Assembly (NCBI GenBank): GCA_963746845.1
Contig: CAVVCZ010000004.1
Location: 544,001-608,000 of the forward strand
Direction: 5' to 3'
From: an uncultured Chloroflexia bacterium
Lineage (GTDB): Bacteria; Chloroflexota; Limnocylindria; Limnocylindrales; CSP1-4
Length of the DNA stretch: 64,000 nt
Part shown: one piece after another, positions 1-9,012 of the stretch
Position numbering within the stretch: position 1 is the stretch's first letter
Layout of the letters: every line of letters begins with the position of its first letter
Made by a program: the position numbers and the translations under genes
The notes under the pieces: generated by a model
Told to the model about the DNA's origin: nothing
The model's database searches: none
Seen by the model: only the letters and a program-made list of their open reading frames with translations

Positions 1-1
1 G

Positions 2-301
2 GGCGACCATGCCGCCGCGCGGACGGATCATCCCGGGGCGCTCCATCTCCTGCGCTGGCGCGCGATCGAGCTCGCGATCCGCGAGCGACGGGTCGAGATG
101 GACCTCGGCGGCGTCGATGTCGCGGGCTCGCGACGGGAGCCGCTCGAAGGTGAGCCGATGTGGGGCCTCTACCAGCACAAGCGATCGTTCGGCGGGCTGT
201 GGCTCGAGCTCAGTGGCGCCCACGAGCGGGTCATCGATGCCAACCGCTACCGGTTCGGCCGGGTCGCCGGCCGGCTCTCGCGGCTCGTCGGCGGGCGTTG
301 A
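2..301 (+). CDS. FemAB/FemX-family peptidoglycan bridge peptidyltransferase, C-terminal part (5'-truncated by window)
   Basis: Frame 2 is open from the window edge: ...HLLRWRAIELA...MDLGGV...GLYQHKRSFGG. This matches the FemABX C-terminal pattern (LLxWxAI...DLxG...GLYxFKxxFGG). It lies directly upstream of murE. Confidence 0.75.
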   Translation, partial: GDHAAARTDHPGALHLLRWRAIELAIRERRVEMDLGGVDVAGSRREPLEGEPMWGLYQHKRSFGGLWLELSGAHERVIDANRYRFGRVAGRLSRLVGGR

Positions 302-313
302 GGCGATGAGCGG

Positions 314-1969
314 ATGAGCGTGGAGGGTCGCACGATCGCCGACCTGCTCGCGGCGGCGGAGCCCGACGGACCCAGGCCGCTCGGCGAGCTGATCGCCCGG
401 CTGACCGCGAGCGGCCGGCTGCACGGGGCCCGCGATGGCGGACGGGCGATCGGGCCTGCCGCGCTGAGCGCCATCGAGGTCCGCGGGGTGACGGACGACT
501 CGCGGTCGGTCCGCGCGGGATCGCTGTTCGTCGCGGTCCCCGGGCTCCATGTCGATGGACACGACTTCGTGGGGCGCGCCGCCGCTTCCGGGGCCGCGGT
601 CGCGCTCGTGGATCGTCCGCTCCCCGATGTCGGCCTGCCTCAGCTCGTCGTCGAGCGGTCGTCCGCCGCCCTCGCGGAGGCCGCCGCCTGGTGGTACGGC
701 GACCCGTCCCGCCGCCTCGGGGTCGTCGGCATCACCGGGACGGACGGCAAGACGACGACGTCATTCCTGGCCGTCGCCGCGCTCGAGTCGGCCGGACGGT
801 CGCCGGGGCTGGTGGGCACCGTCGCCACCCGGATCGGGAGCGTCCGTGAGGCCAACCCCGAGCACACGACCACGCCGGGCGCCCCACGCCTCCAGCAGAC
901 GTTGCGGGCGATGGCCGACGGCGGCAACGACGTCGCAGTCGTCGAGACGACCTCACACGGCCTTGCCGCCGACCGCGTGCTCGGGATCGCCTACGACGTC
1001 GCGATCCTGACGAACCTCACCCACGAGCACCTCGAGTTCCATGGATCGTGGGAGGCCTACCGCGACGCCAAGCTGTCGCTGTTCGAGCGGCTCGCGGCGG
1101 GAGCCGCGAACCCGGTCAAGGAGATCGGGGGCCGGGTCTGGCCGAAGGCCGCGATCGTGAACGCCGACGATCCGAACGCCGGATCCTTCGTCGGCGTCGC
1201 CCAGGAGGCGGGCGCCCGGGTTCTGACGTATGGCACGGACCCTGCCGCGGACGTCCGCGCCAGTCGGGTCGAGGAAGACGCCCACGGCCTCCGGATCGAG
1301 GTCGTGGCCCCGTCCGGCGCAGGGGCGCTCGTGCTCCGGCTGACCGGCCGGTTCAACGTCCACAACGCCCTCGCGGCCGTCGCGCTCGGCGAGGCCCTCG
1401 GGCTCGACCCGGCGGCGGTCCGGGACGGGCTGGCGTCTGTCCGGGGCGTGCCCGGACGTATGGAGCGTCTCGACGCCGGCCAGCCGTTCGGGGTCGTCAT
1501 CGATTACGCCCACAGCCCGGCGTCCCTGGAGAAGGTCCTCGGCCTGCTCGCCCCGCTCGCGGCAGCCCGCGGCGGGGAGCTGGTCGCGGTCTTCGGCTCG
1601 GCCGGGGAGCGGGACGTCGACAAGCGCCGGATGATGGGCCGGATCGCGGGCCGGCTCGCCCGTGTCGTCGTCGCCACGGACGAGGATCCGCGCGGCGAGG
1701 ATCCCGTCGCGATCCTCGACGAGATCGCCCGCGGTGCCGAGGACGCCGGCCGGCAGCGCGACCGGGACCTGTTCCTCATCCAGGACCGGCCGGCGGCGAT
1801 CGCCGCGGCGTTCGAGCGGGCTCGCCCGGGCGACATCGTCCTCCTGGCCGGAAAGGGCCACGAGCAGTCGATCATCGGGCCCGACGGTCCGGTCGCCTAC
1901 GACGAGCGGAGCACGGCCGTGGCCGTGCTCGCGACCATGGGCTACGCCGACATCGACGAGCGCGGCTGA
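314..1969 (+). CDS. murE: UDP-N-acetylmuramyl-tripeptide synthetase MurE
   Basis: Motifs DSRSV, GITGTDGKTTT, ETTSHGL, TNLTHEHLEFH, VPGRME, DYAHSP, FGSAGERD, DEDPR, LLAGKGHE. Confidence 0.95.
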   Translation: MSVEGRTIADLLAAAEPDGPRPLGELIARLTASGRLHGARDGGRAIGPAALSAIEVRGVTDDSRSVRAGSLFVAVPGLHVDGHDFVGRAAASGAAVALVDRPLPDVGLPQLVVERSSAALAEAAAWWYGDPSRRLGVVGITGTDGKTTTSFLAVAALESAGRSPGLVGTVATRIGSVREANPEHTTTPGAPRLQQTLRAMADGGNDVAVVETTSHGLAADRVLGIAYDVAILTNLTHEHLEFHGSWEAYRDAKLSLFERLAAGAANPVKEIGGRVWPKAAIVNADDPNAGSFVGVAQEAGARVLTYGTDPAADVRASRVEEDAHGLRIEVVAPSGAGALVLRLTGRFNVHNALAAVALGEALGLDPAAVRDGLASVRGVPGRMERLDAGQPFGVVIDYAHSPASLEKVLGLLAPLAAARGGELVAVFGSAGERDVDKRRMMGRIAGRLARVVVATDEDPRGEDPVAILDEIARGAEDAGRQRDRDLFLIQDRPAAIAAAFERARPGDIVLLAGKGHEQSIIGPDGPVAYDERSTAVAVLATMGYADIDERG

Positions 1970-1984
1970 GGCCGGCGGATCCCG

Positions 1985-2692
1985 ATGCGCGGCTGTCTGT
2001 TCGTCCTGCTGCTCGCCGCGACCCTGACCGGCGTCGCCATGTGGTTCGGCTCGGGTCCGCTCGTCTCCGCGGTCATCGGGACGGCGCTGGAGGGCAGCGG
2101 CTACCAGGCATCCGCGACGTCGATCAGCGCGACGTCCGACCCGCCGCCGCGGCTGCTGCTCGGCCAGGCCGACCACGTCTCGATCACCGGATCCGATGTC
2201 GACTGGAAGGCGCTCCATGCCCATCGGCTCACGCTGACGCTGGCCCGCGTCGACCTGTTCGCGCGCACGGCCGACACGATCCGCGGCTCGATCGACGGTG
2301 CGGTCCTCGACGACGGCCACGGCGGGTCGGCCAGCGCGACCTCGATCCGGCTGGCCGGACCCCTCGAGGCCGCGGCCGCGACGATCACCCTGGACCCGGC
2401 TGTCGTCCGCTCCGTCGCGATCACCGCGGCGGCCCGCCAGTTCGGTGTCACGCCGTCCGATGTCCAGCTCGTCGCACCGGATCGGCTGCGCCTCGTGACC
2501 CCGGCCGCCACGATCGAGGGCCGGCTGATGGTCGACGGTGCCGGAACGCTCGTCCTGTCGACCCGGCTCGGGTCCGTCCCGCTGCTCACGCTCGACCCGT
2601 CGATCCCGCTCCGCCTCCGATCCGCGGCCGTCGTCGACGGGAGCCTCCATCTGGACGGCGTCCTGGACGTCACCTCGTTGCTCGGCGGCTGA
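1985..2692 (+). CDS. Membrane-anchored/secreted protein, DUF2993 (LmeA-like) candidate
   Basis: N-terminal hydrophobic segment, PPxLLxGxxDxVxI pattern, beta-rich body; family call is tentative. Confidence 0.55.
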   Translation: MRGCLFVLLLAATLTGVAMWFGSGPLVSAVIGTALEGSGYQASATSISATSDPPPRLLLGQADHVSITGSDVDWKALHAHRLTLTLARVDLFARTADTIRGSIDGAVLDDGHGGSASATSIRLAGPLEAAAATITLDPAVVRSVAITAAARQFGVTPSDVQLVAPDRLRLVTPAATIEGRLMVDGAGTLVLSTRLGSVPLLTLDPSIPLRLRSAAVVDGSLHLDGVLDVTSLLGG

Positions 2693-2760
2693 TCGTCCCG
2701 GCACGGCCCGGACCACCCGCCCGGGCAGGCGGCGCCACGCTCGGCTGTATCCTTCGGCCG

Positions 2761-5142
2761 ATGACACAACCGGGGACCACGCCCGACAAGACCGGCGCGG
2801 CCACGCGTGGCAAGCCCCGCGCGACCACGGCGGGCGATGCCGGGCACGCAGCCGCGACGAAGACGGCGACGAAGGCGGCGACGAAGGCCGCCGCGCGGAA
2901 GCCGAACGGGGCCACGGCCGTGGCCAAGCCGAGCGGCCCACGCCGCACGACCAGCCGGCCGGCGGGCGCGGGCACCGGGGCGAGCGAGCCCGACTTCGAC
3001 GCCCTCCGCACCCAGCTCGTCGAGACGGTGCGGTCGCACTACCCATCGGCCGACCTGACGTCCCTCGAGGGGGCGTTCGATCTTGCCCTCGAGGCCCATG
3101 CGGGTCAGCGCCGCGCGACGGGCGAGCCCTACGTCACCCACCCGATCGCCTCCGCCCAGATCACCGCCGAGCTCGGCATCGATCCGATCGCGGTGACCGC
3201 CGCGCTCCTCCACGACGTCCCGGAGGACACCGAATACGGGCTCCAGGACATCGAGGAGCGGTTCGGGGCGGAGGTCGCCCGCCTCGTCGACGGCGTGACG
3301 AAGCTGTCGAAGTTCAGCACCCACAGCCACGAGCAACAGCAGGCGGAGAACATCCGGAAGATGCTCCTGGCGATGGCCGAGGACATCCGGGTCGTCCTCA
3401 TCAAGCTCGCCGACCGGCTCCACAACATGCGGACGCTGTACGGCCTCCCGTCCGAGAAGCAGCTCCGGATCGCGCGCCAGACGCAGGAGATCTACGCGCC
3501 GCTGGCCGAGCGGCTCGGGATCTGGCAGATCAAGTGGGAGCTCGAGGACCTCGCGTTCAAGGTCCTGGAGCCCGAGCGCTTCCGCGAGCTCGCAAAGCTC
3601 CTCGACACCCGCCGCAAGGGCCGCGAGGACTACATCTCCCGCGCGATCGCCGAGCTCGAGCCGCGGCTGAAGGAAGCCGGCATCGATGCCGACCTCCAGG
3701 GCCGCCCGAAGCACATCTACAGCATCGACAAGAAGATGCAGCGCAAATCGGCCGAGTTCGCCGAGATCTACGACGTCTACGCGATCCGGATCCTCGTCGA
3801 CGAGAAGGCCGACTGCTATGCAGCGCTCGGGGTCGTCCACGCGCTGTGGCGGCCCATCCCGGGCCAGTTCGACGACTACATCGCCGTTCCCAAGAACAAC
3901 CTCTACCAGTCGCTCCACACCGCGGTGATCGCGCTCGACGGCAAGCCCCTCGAGATCCAGATCCGGACGCATGCCATGCACCAGGTGAGCGAGGTCGGGA
4001 TCGCCGCCCACTGGCGCTACAAGGAGGGCACGAAGTCCGACCGCGAGTACGACGCCAAGCTCGCCTGGCTGCGCCAGCTCATGGAGTGGCAGCGCGACGT
4101 CTCGGACTCCGACGCGACCGAGTTCGTCGAGGGGATCAAGCTCGACATCTTCCAGGACCAGGTCTTCGTGTTCACCCCGAAGGGCGACATCAAGGACCTG
4201 CCGGCCGGCGCGACCCCGCTCGACTTCGCCTACCGGATCCACACCGACGTCGGCCACCGGACGATCGGCGCGAAGGTCAACAACCGGCTCGTCCCGCTGG
4301 ACTATCGCCTGAAGAACGGCGATATCGTCGAGATCGTCACGACGAAGGGCGAGCACGGCCCGTCGCGCGACTGGCTGAACGTCGTCCGGACCTCCCACGC
4401 CCGGGAGAAGATCCGGCAATGGTTCAAGAAGAAGGACCGGGACGAGAACATCGTCCACGGCCGGGAGTCGCTCGAGCGCGAGCTGCGCCGCCTCGCCCGG
4501 AAGAGCCTCCAGTCGGTCGGCAACGACCGGATCGCCGAGGTCGGCCGGACGGTCTACAACCACGAGACGCTCGACGACTTCTACGCGGCGATCGGCTACG
4601 GGGCGGTCAGCGCGCAGCAGGTCGTCGCGCGGCTGGGGGTCCTGGACGACACCGAGGTGGGGCTGCCGACGGTCGCCCCGGCGAACCTCCCGGCGCGCAC
4701 TGGCGGCGTCCGGGTCAAGGGCGTCGGCGATCTGCTCGTCCGCTTCGCGAAGTGCTGCCATCCGATCCCCGGCGACCCGATCGTCGGGTTCATCACCCGC
4801 GGCAAGGGCGTGACGGTCCACCTCCGGTCGTGCCCGACGGTCCTCAACGAGAAGGAGGTCCCGCGGCTGATCGAGGTGGAGTGGGAGGCGGCCCCGACCC
4901 AGACCTACCCGATCGCGATCCGGGTCGAGGCCTACGACCGGACGGGGCTGCTCAACGACATCACCCAGGTTGTCGCGGAGAACAAGGTCAACATCGTCGC
5001 CGCGGCGGTCCAGGTGAGCCCGGACCACACCGCGATCGTGACCGCGACGCTCCAGGTCGCCTCGGTGTCGCAGCTCGCCCGGGTCATGGGCCGGATCGAG
5101 GGGCTCAAGGACGTCATCAACGTCCAGCGCGACCTGAGCTAG
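2761..5142 (+). CDS. rel: Long RSH (p)ppGpp synthetase/hydrolase Rel
   Basis: GEPYVTHP, LLHDVPEDT, KLADRLHNMRTL, GRPKHIYSI, YQSLHT, EIQIRT, TGS domain (VFTPKGD), AKCCHPIPGD, C-terminal ACT. ATG 2761 lies 7 nt after TATCCT. Confidence 0.97.
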   Translation: MTQPGTTPDKTGAATRGKPRATTAGDAGHAAATKTATKAATKAAARKPNGATAVAKPSGPRRTTSRPAGAGTGASEPDFDALRTQLVETVRSHYPSADLTSLEGAFDLALEAHAGQRRATGEPYVTHPIASAQITAELGIDPIAVTAALLHDVPEDTEYGLQDIEERFGAEVARLVDGVTKLSKFSTHSHEQQQAENIRKMLLAMAEDIRVVLIKLADRLHNMRTLYGLPSEKQLRIARQTQEIYAPLAERLGIWQIKWELEDLAFKVLEPERFRELAKLLDTRRKGREDYISRAIAELEPRLKEAGIDADLQGRPKHIYSIDKKMQRKSAEFAEIYDVYAIRILVDEKADCYAALGVVHALWRPIPGQFDDYIAVPKNNLYQSLHTAVIALDGKPLEIQIRTHAMHQVSEVGIAAHWRYKEGTKSDREYDAKLAWLRQLMEWQRDVSDSDATEFVEGIKLDIFQDQVFVFTPKGDIKDLPAGATPLDFAYRIHTDVGHRTIGAKVNNRLVPLDYRLKNGDIVEIVTTKGEHGPSRDWLNVVRTSHAREKIRQWFKKKDRDENIVHGRESLERELRRLARKSLQSVGNDRIAEVGRTVYNHETLDDFYAAIGYGAVSAQQVVARLGVLDDTEVGLPTVAPANLPARTGGVRVKGVGDLLVRFAKCCHPIPGDPIVGFITRGKGVTVHLRSCPTVLNEKEVPRLIEVEWEAAPTQTYPIAIRVEAYDRTGLLNDITQVVAENKVNIVAAAVQVSPDHTAIVTATLQVASVSQLARVMGRIEGLKDVINVQRDLS
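2854..2889 (+). repeat. 12-bp tandem repeat x3 (gcgacgaagRcS) encoding ATKT/ATKA/ATKA in the Rel N-terminal extension
   Basis: gcgacgaagacg gcgacgaaggcg gcgacgaaggcc, read directly. Confidence 0.85.
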
Positions 5143-5544
5143 GCGCCGGCGTCATGCGGTCCATTCGCCGCGTTGCGCCCTGCGCGCGCTCGCTCACGCA
5201 CGTTCGAGTGCGCTCGCTCACGTGCTCGGTCGCGCCTTGCGCCTGGACCCCCTGACGCCGGCTTCGAACGTGGCGGCTCGTCGAGGGCCCTTGTTTGTGC
5301 CGCCGGTGCCAGTTGTGCGGCCTGCGCACATCGGCCGGCGTCGGTCGACCTTCCGACGACCCAGAGATGCATGGACATGCAAGCAGGATCGAGGTGAGCG
5401 TGGATGCGGCCCCTTGACTGCATCGTCATGCGCCGGGGTCCGGCTGATCGCGGCCGGCGCCTCGCTGACGAGCACGGAGTGCACATCCGGCAGGATGCCT
5501 CGTGCGCAGGCACATCGCGGTGACGCGTCGGCGACCTGAGCTAG
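5129..5544. mobile_element. 388-bp non-coding insert (5143-5530) flanked by a 14-bp direct repeat gcgacctgagctag
   Basis: Identical 14-mer at 5129-5142 (rel 3' end including stop) and 5531-5544; interior is rich in palindromes. Confidence 0.65.
5145..5262. repeat. Structured palindromic repeat, copy A (MITE/REP-like)
   Basis: 10-bp terminal inverted repeat gccggcgtca/tgacgccggc, inner stems ggtcca/tggacc and cgcac/gtgcg; homologous to about 24529-24620. Confidence 0.75.
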
Positions 5545-5642
5545 CTGATCGCGGCGAAGGTCCAGGCGCCGAGCCAGACGCCGATCAGCCCGGCGATCAC
5601 GATCAGCCAGGGCAGGAACCGTCGCAGGCCCTCGCGCGTCAC
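5541..5642 (-). CDS. 33-aa single-TM microprotein (MTREGLRRFLPWLIVIAGLIGVWLGAWTFAAIS), not in ORF track
   Basis: GTG overlaps the upstream gene's TGA (GTGA); GC3-rich codons; hydrophobic helix. Confidence 0.65.
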   Translation of the reverse strand: MTREGLRRFLPWLIVIAGLIGVWLGAWTFAAIS

Positions 5643-6427
5643 CCGCCGGCCTCCGCCCGCGCCAGCATGTCCGCCTTGGCGCGGCTGAACTCGTCGTCCG
5701 TCAGGTCACCGATCGCGTGCAGACGCGAGAGCTTCTCGAGGTCGTCCGCGAGGTCGCCGGTGTCCGCGGACGCCGAGGCGGGCGCCGCATCCACGACCGC
5801 GCCGCGCGCGTATGTCGGCGCGAAGTCGGAGGACACGTAGGACCGCTCGGTCCGCCGTGCCCCTGGATCGGTCGGCACGACGACGACGGGCTCGGGCTCT
5901 CCGGCCGTCGGTCTCCGGGGGATCGGTCGCAGCCGGTTCACGACGGTCTGCGACATGCGGTTGCCCTGCCGGCCGGCACGGGCCTCACGCCAGGCGGCGA
6001 TCGCGACGATCAGGGGGGCGATCCCCATGATCCAGAACAGCACGCCCGGGATGACCCAGCCCCAGACGATCCCGGGCTCGCCGTCGGGCGAGTGGAGACC
6101 GTAGTCGACGAAGTTGTAGCCGAGCGAGACGAACAGGAGCGGCCAGCCGAGGGCCACGATCGCGGTGGCCGCGCCGCCGATCCGCGACCCGAACCAGACG
6201 ATCAACCCGGCGGCCCCGAACAAGCCGAACATCCCGCCGACCATGGCGAGCGGCGTGCCGGTCGGGCAGGGCTGGGCCGTGACGTAGGGGCCGCCGTCGG
6301 CACAGGCCCCGCCGACGTCCAGGACGGCCCGCATGCCCAGGAAGAGCAGCGTGATGGACATCGTTCCGACCGCGACGCCGGCGAGATAGCCGACGACCGT
6401 GGGGATCGACACCCGGGACGAATCCAC
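5639..6427 (-). CDS. Multi-TM membrane protein with C-terminal SHOCT domain
   Basis: About 4 TM helices; extracellular CADGGPY...PC loop; C-terminal LEKLSRLHAIGDLTDDEFSRAKADML (SHOCT); TATGAT 6 nt before GTG. Confidence 0.8.
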   Translation of the reverse strand: MDSSRVSIPTVVGYLAGVAVGTMSITLLFLGMRAVLDVGGACADGGPYVTAQPCPTGTPLAMVGGMFGLFGAAGLIVWFGSRIGGAATAIVALGWPLLFVSLGYNFVDYGLHSPDGEPGIVWGWVIPGVLFWIMGIAPLIVAIAAWREARAGRQGNRMSQTVVNRLRPIPRRPTAGEPEPVVVVPTDPGARRTERSYVSSDFAPTYARGAVVDAAPASASADTGDLADDLEKLSRLHAIGDLTDDEFSRAKADMLARAEAGG

Positions 6428-6529
6428 GGCCGGATCATACGGACCCGGGGCGTCCCGGCAACAACCCGGTGGTCCCGGTCACGGTCGGACCCGGCCGCAC
6501 CCCGGGGCCGCCGCTAGACTCGTCGGACG

Positions 6530-7834
6530 ATGCCCACCTTCCGCGCCCCTCGGGGCACCCGTGATCTGCTGCCGCCCGAGCGGATCGCGATGCTCCGCCT
6601 CGAGTCGATCGCGGCGGACCTCGCGACCCGTTACGGCTACCGGCCGATCGAGACGCCGCTGTTCGAGCAGACGGCGGTCTTCGAGCGGGGGATCGGCGAC
6701 GCGACCGACGTCGTCGAGAAGGAGCTCTTCCGGCTCGCGTCGCGGACCGAGGAGGGCGAGGCGTGGGCCCTCCGGCCAGAGCCGACCGCGGGGATCGTCC
6801 GGGCCTACGTCCAGCACGGGATGCAGACGCTGCCCCAGCCCGTGAAGCTCACCCTGACCGGGCCGATGTTCCGCTACGACCGCCCCCAGGCGGGCCGGTA
6901 CCGGGAGTTCTGGCAGTTCGACATCGAGGCGATCGGGGACGCCGGTCCGGCCGTCGACGCCGAGATCATCGAGCTGGCCGACCGCTTCTATCGAGAGGTC
7001 GGCATCGTCGACCCGGACATCTTCGTCAACTCGATCGGCGACCGGGAGTGCCGTCCCGCCTACATCGCGGAGCTGGCGGCGTTCTATCGCGAGCATCTCG
7101 ACCGGCTCCCGCCGCTCGAACGGAACCGGCTGGATCGGGCGCCGCTCCGACTCCTGGACTCGAAGGACCCGGGGATGGTGGAGCTGAACGCGTCCGCCCC
7201 GATCATCACCGAGCGGCTGTGCGCCGCATGTGCCGAGCACTTCGCCGGGCTCCGGGCGCACCTCGACGCCCTCGGCGTCGCCCATCGCGTCGATCCCCGC
7301 CTCGTCCGCGGCCTCGACTACTACACGCGGACCGCGTTCGAGGTCTATCCCCGTGGCGAGGCCGGCCAGCAGTCGGCGCTCGGCGGCGGCGGCCGGTACG
7401 ACGGTCTCGTGGAGCTGCTCGGCGGCAAGCCGACGCCCGGGATCGGGTTCGGGCTCGGACTCGATCGAGTGCTCCGGGCTCTGGACGCGCAGGGCACGCC
7501 CGCACCGGCCGATCCGACGACGCCGGTCGCGGTCGTCGTCGGCGCCGACCCCGCGGCCACGGCCGACCGGCTCCGCATCGCGACGACGTTGCGCGCCGCC
7601 GGGATCGTCGCCCGCGCGGAGCTGGCGGCCCGCAAGCTCGGCAAGCAGCTCGAGGCGGCGGCACGCGATCGCGCCCACTTCGCGGTGATCGTCGGCGACG
7701 AGCTCGCCGACGGCCAGGTCCAGCTGAAGGACCTCGACGCGGGCACGCAGAAGCTCGTCGCGGTCGACGACCTCGCCCGCGAGGTCGGGCGGGCCCATGC
7801 GAGCCATCACCACGGGTCGGGCGGCCCGTCGTGA
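6530..7834 (+). CDS. hisS: Histidyl-tRNA synthetase
   Basis: PRGTRD, LRPEPTAG, FRYDRPQAGRYREFWQ, LVRGLDYYT, GGGRYDGL. Confidence 0.97.
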   Translation: MPTFRAPRGTRDLLPPERIAMLRLESIAADLATRYGYRPIETPLFEQTAVFERGIGDATDVVEKELFRLASRTEEGEAWALRPEPTAGIVRAYVQHGMQTLPQPVKLTLTGPMFRYDRPQAGRYREFWQFDIEAIGDAGPAVDAEIIELADRFYREVGIVDPDIFVNSIGDRECRPAYIAELAAFYREHLDRLPPLERNRLDRAPLRLLDSKDPGMVELNASAPIITERLCAACAEHFAGLRAHLDALGVAHRVDPRLVRGLDYYTRTAFEVYPRGEAGQQSALGGGGRYDGLVELLGGKPTPGIGFGLGLDRVLRALDAQGTPAPADPTTPVAVVVGADPAATADRLRIATTLRAAGIVARAELAARKLGKQLEAAARDRAHFAVIVGDELADGQVQLKDLDAGTQKLVAVDDLAREVGRAHASHHHGSGGPS

Positions 7835-8631
7835 GCGTCGACCGGTGGGCCGGCGGCGCGGCGTATGAGCACTACATCGGCCGCTGGAGCCGGCGGGTCG
7901 CCCCGGAGCTCGTCGACTGGCTCGACATCCCGACCGGGGGCGACTGGGTCGATGTCGGGTGCGGCACGGGCTCGCTCAGCGCCACGATCCTGGATCGGGC
8001 GGCACCCGGCTCGGTCGTCGGCGTCGATCCGTCCGCCAGCTTCGTCGAGCACGCCAGCTCCACGATCCTCGATCCCCGCGCGCGGTTCGAAACGGGCTCC
8101 GCGGATGCACTCCCGCTCGCGACCGGCAGCGTTGACGCCGCGGTTGCCGGGCTCGTCCTGAACTTCGTCCCGGACATCCCGGCAGCGCTCGCGGAGATGT
8201 GCCGCGTCGTCCGGGCTGGTGGCCGGCTGGGTGCCTACGTCTGGGACTATGGCGGCGGCATGGAGGTGCTCCGGCGCTACTGGGACGCGGCCGCCGCGGT
8301 GGCGCCGGTGGAGGTCGAGGCCGTGGGGGCGGAGCTGTTCCCGATCTGCGAGCCGGGCGCGCTGGCGACGGCGTTCCGAGCGGCTGGTCTCGAGGAGGTC
8401 GAGGACCGGGCGATCGACATCCCCGCCGTCTTCGTGGACTTCGACGACTACTGGGGGCCCTTCCTGTCGGGGATCGGTCCGGCGCCCGGGTTCAACCTCC
8501 GCCTCGACGAGGGGCGCCGGAACGCCGTCCGCGAACGCCTGGCGGCGACCCTTCCCATCGAGGCAGACGGTTCGATCCGGCTGACCGCACGCGCGTGGGC
8601 CGCGCGTGGCCGGCGCTTCGCCACGCGCTAG
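7831..8631 (+). CDS. Class I SAM-dependent methyltransferase
   Basis: YEHYIGRWS, VDVGCGTG, GLVLNFVPD, YVWDY; GTGA overlap with hisS. Confidence 0.88.
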   Translation: MSVDRWAGGAAYEHYIGRWSRRVAPELVDWLDIPTGGDWVDVGCGTGSLSATILDRAAPGSVVGVDPSASFVEHASSTILDPRARFETGSADALPLATGSVDAAVAGLVLNFVPDIPAALAEMCRVVRAGGRLGAYVWDYGGGMEVLRRYWDAAAAVAPVEVEAVGAELFPICEPGALATAFRAAGLEEVEDRAIDIPAVFVDFDDYWGPFLSGIGPAPGFNLRLDEGRRNAVRERLAATLPIEADGSIRLTARAWAARGRRFATR

Positions 8632-8639
8632 CGAACCCC

Positions 8640-8980
8640 ATGGACGAGACGCCCGCCCCCGAGCGTCGGCGGCCCGATCCGGATGGCGTCGTCCGGTACA
8701 AGACCCTGGTCGGCACCGGCGATCGCGTCGCCTGCCACGGCCGCTCCGACTGGGCGGCCCGCCCGAGACGTGCGCGAACCCGGCGATCGCGATCGTGTCG
8801 TGCGGCACGTCGATCGCGTACTGCGCCGTCCACCTCGATGGCTGGAGCAGCTCGCATGGCTGCGCGACCCTCGCCGCGATCGACGCCACCGGCGTGTGGC
8901 GGCCGACGTTCGAGGCCTGGCAGCCGCGTGGACCGCGCGCGAACGACTGGAGACCCGAGCCGTTTCCGTTCGACTGGTGA
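8640..8980 (+). pseudogene. Small Cys/His-rich protein split by an apparent 1-nt deletion near 8751-8755
   Basis: MDETPAPERRRPDPDGVVRYKTLVGTGDRVACHGRSDW continues in another frame as GGPPETCANPAIAIVSCGTSIAYCAVHLDGW...FPFDW*; adding one G to tggg joins them. Confidence 0.5.
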
Positions 8981-9012
8981 CCGCGGCCCGGTGAGGGCGA
9001 CGAGAGCTGCGC

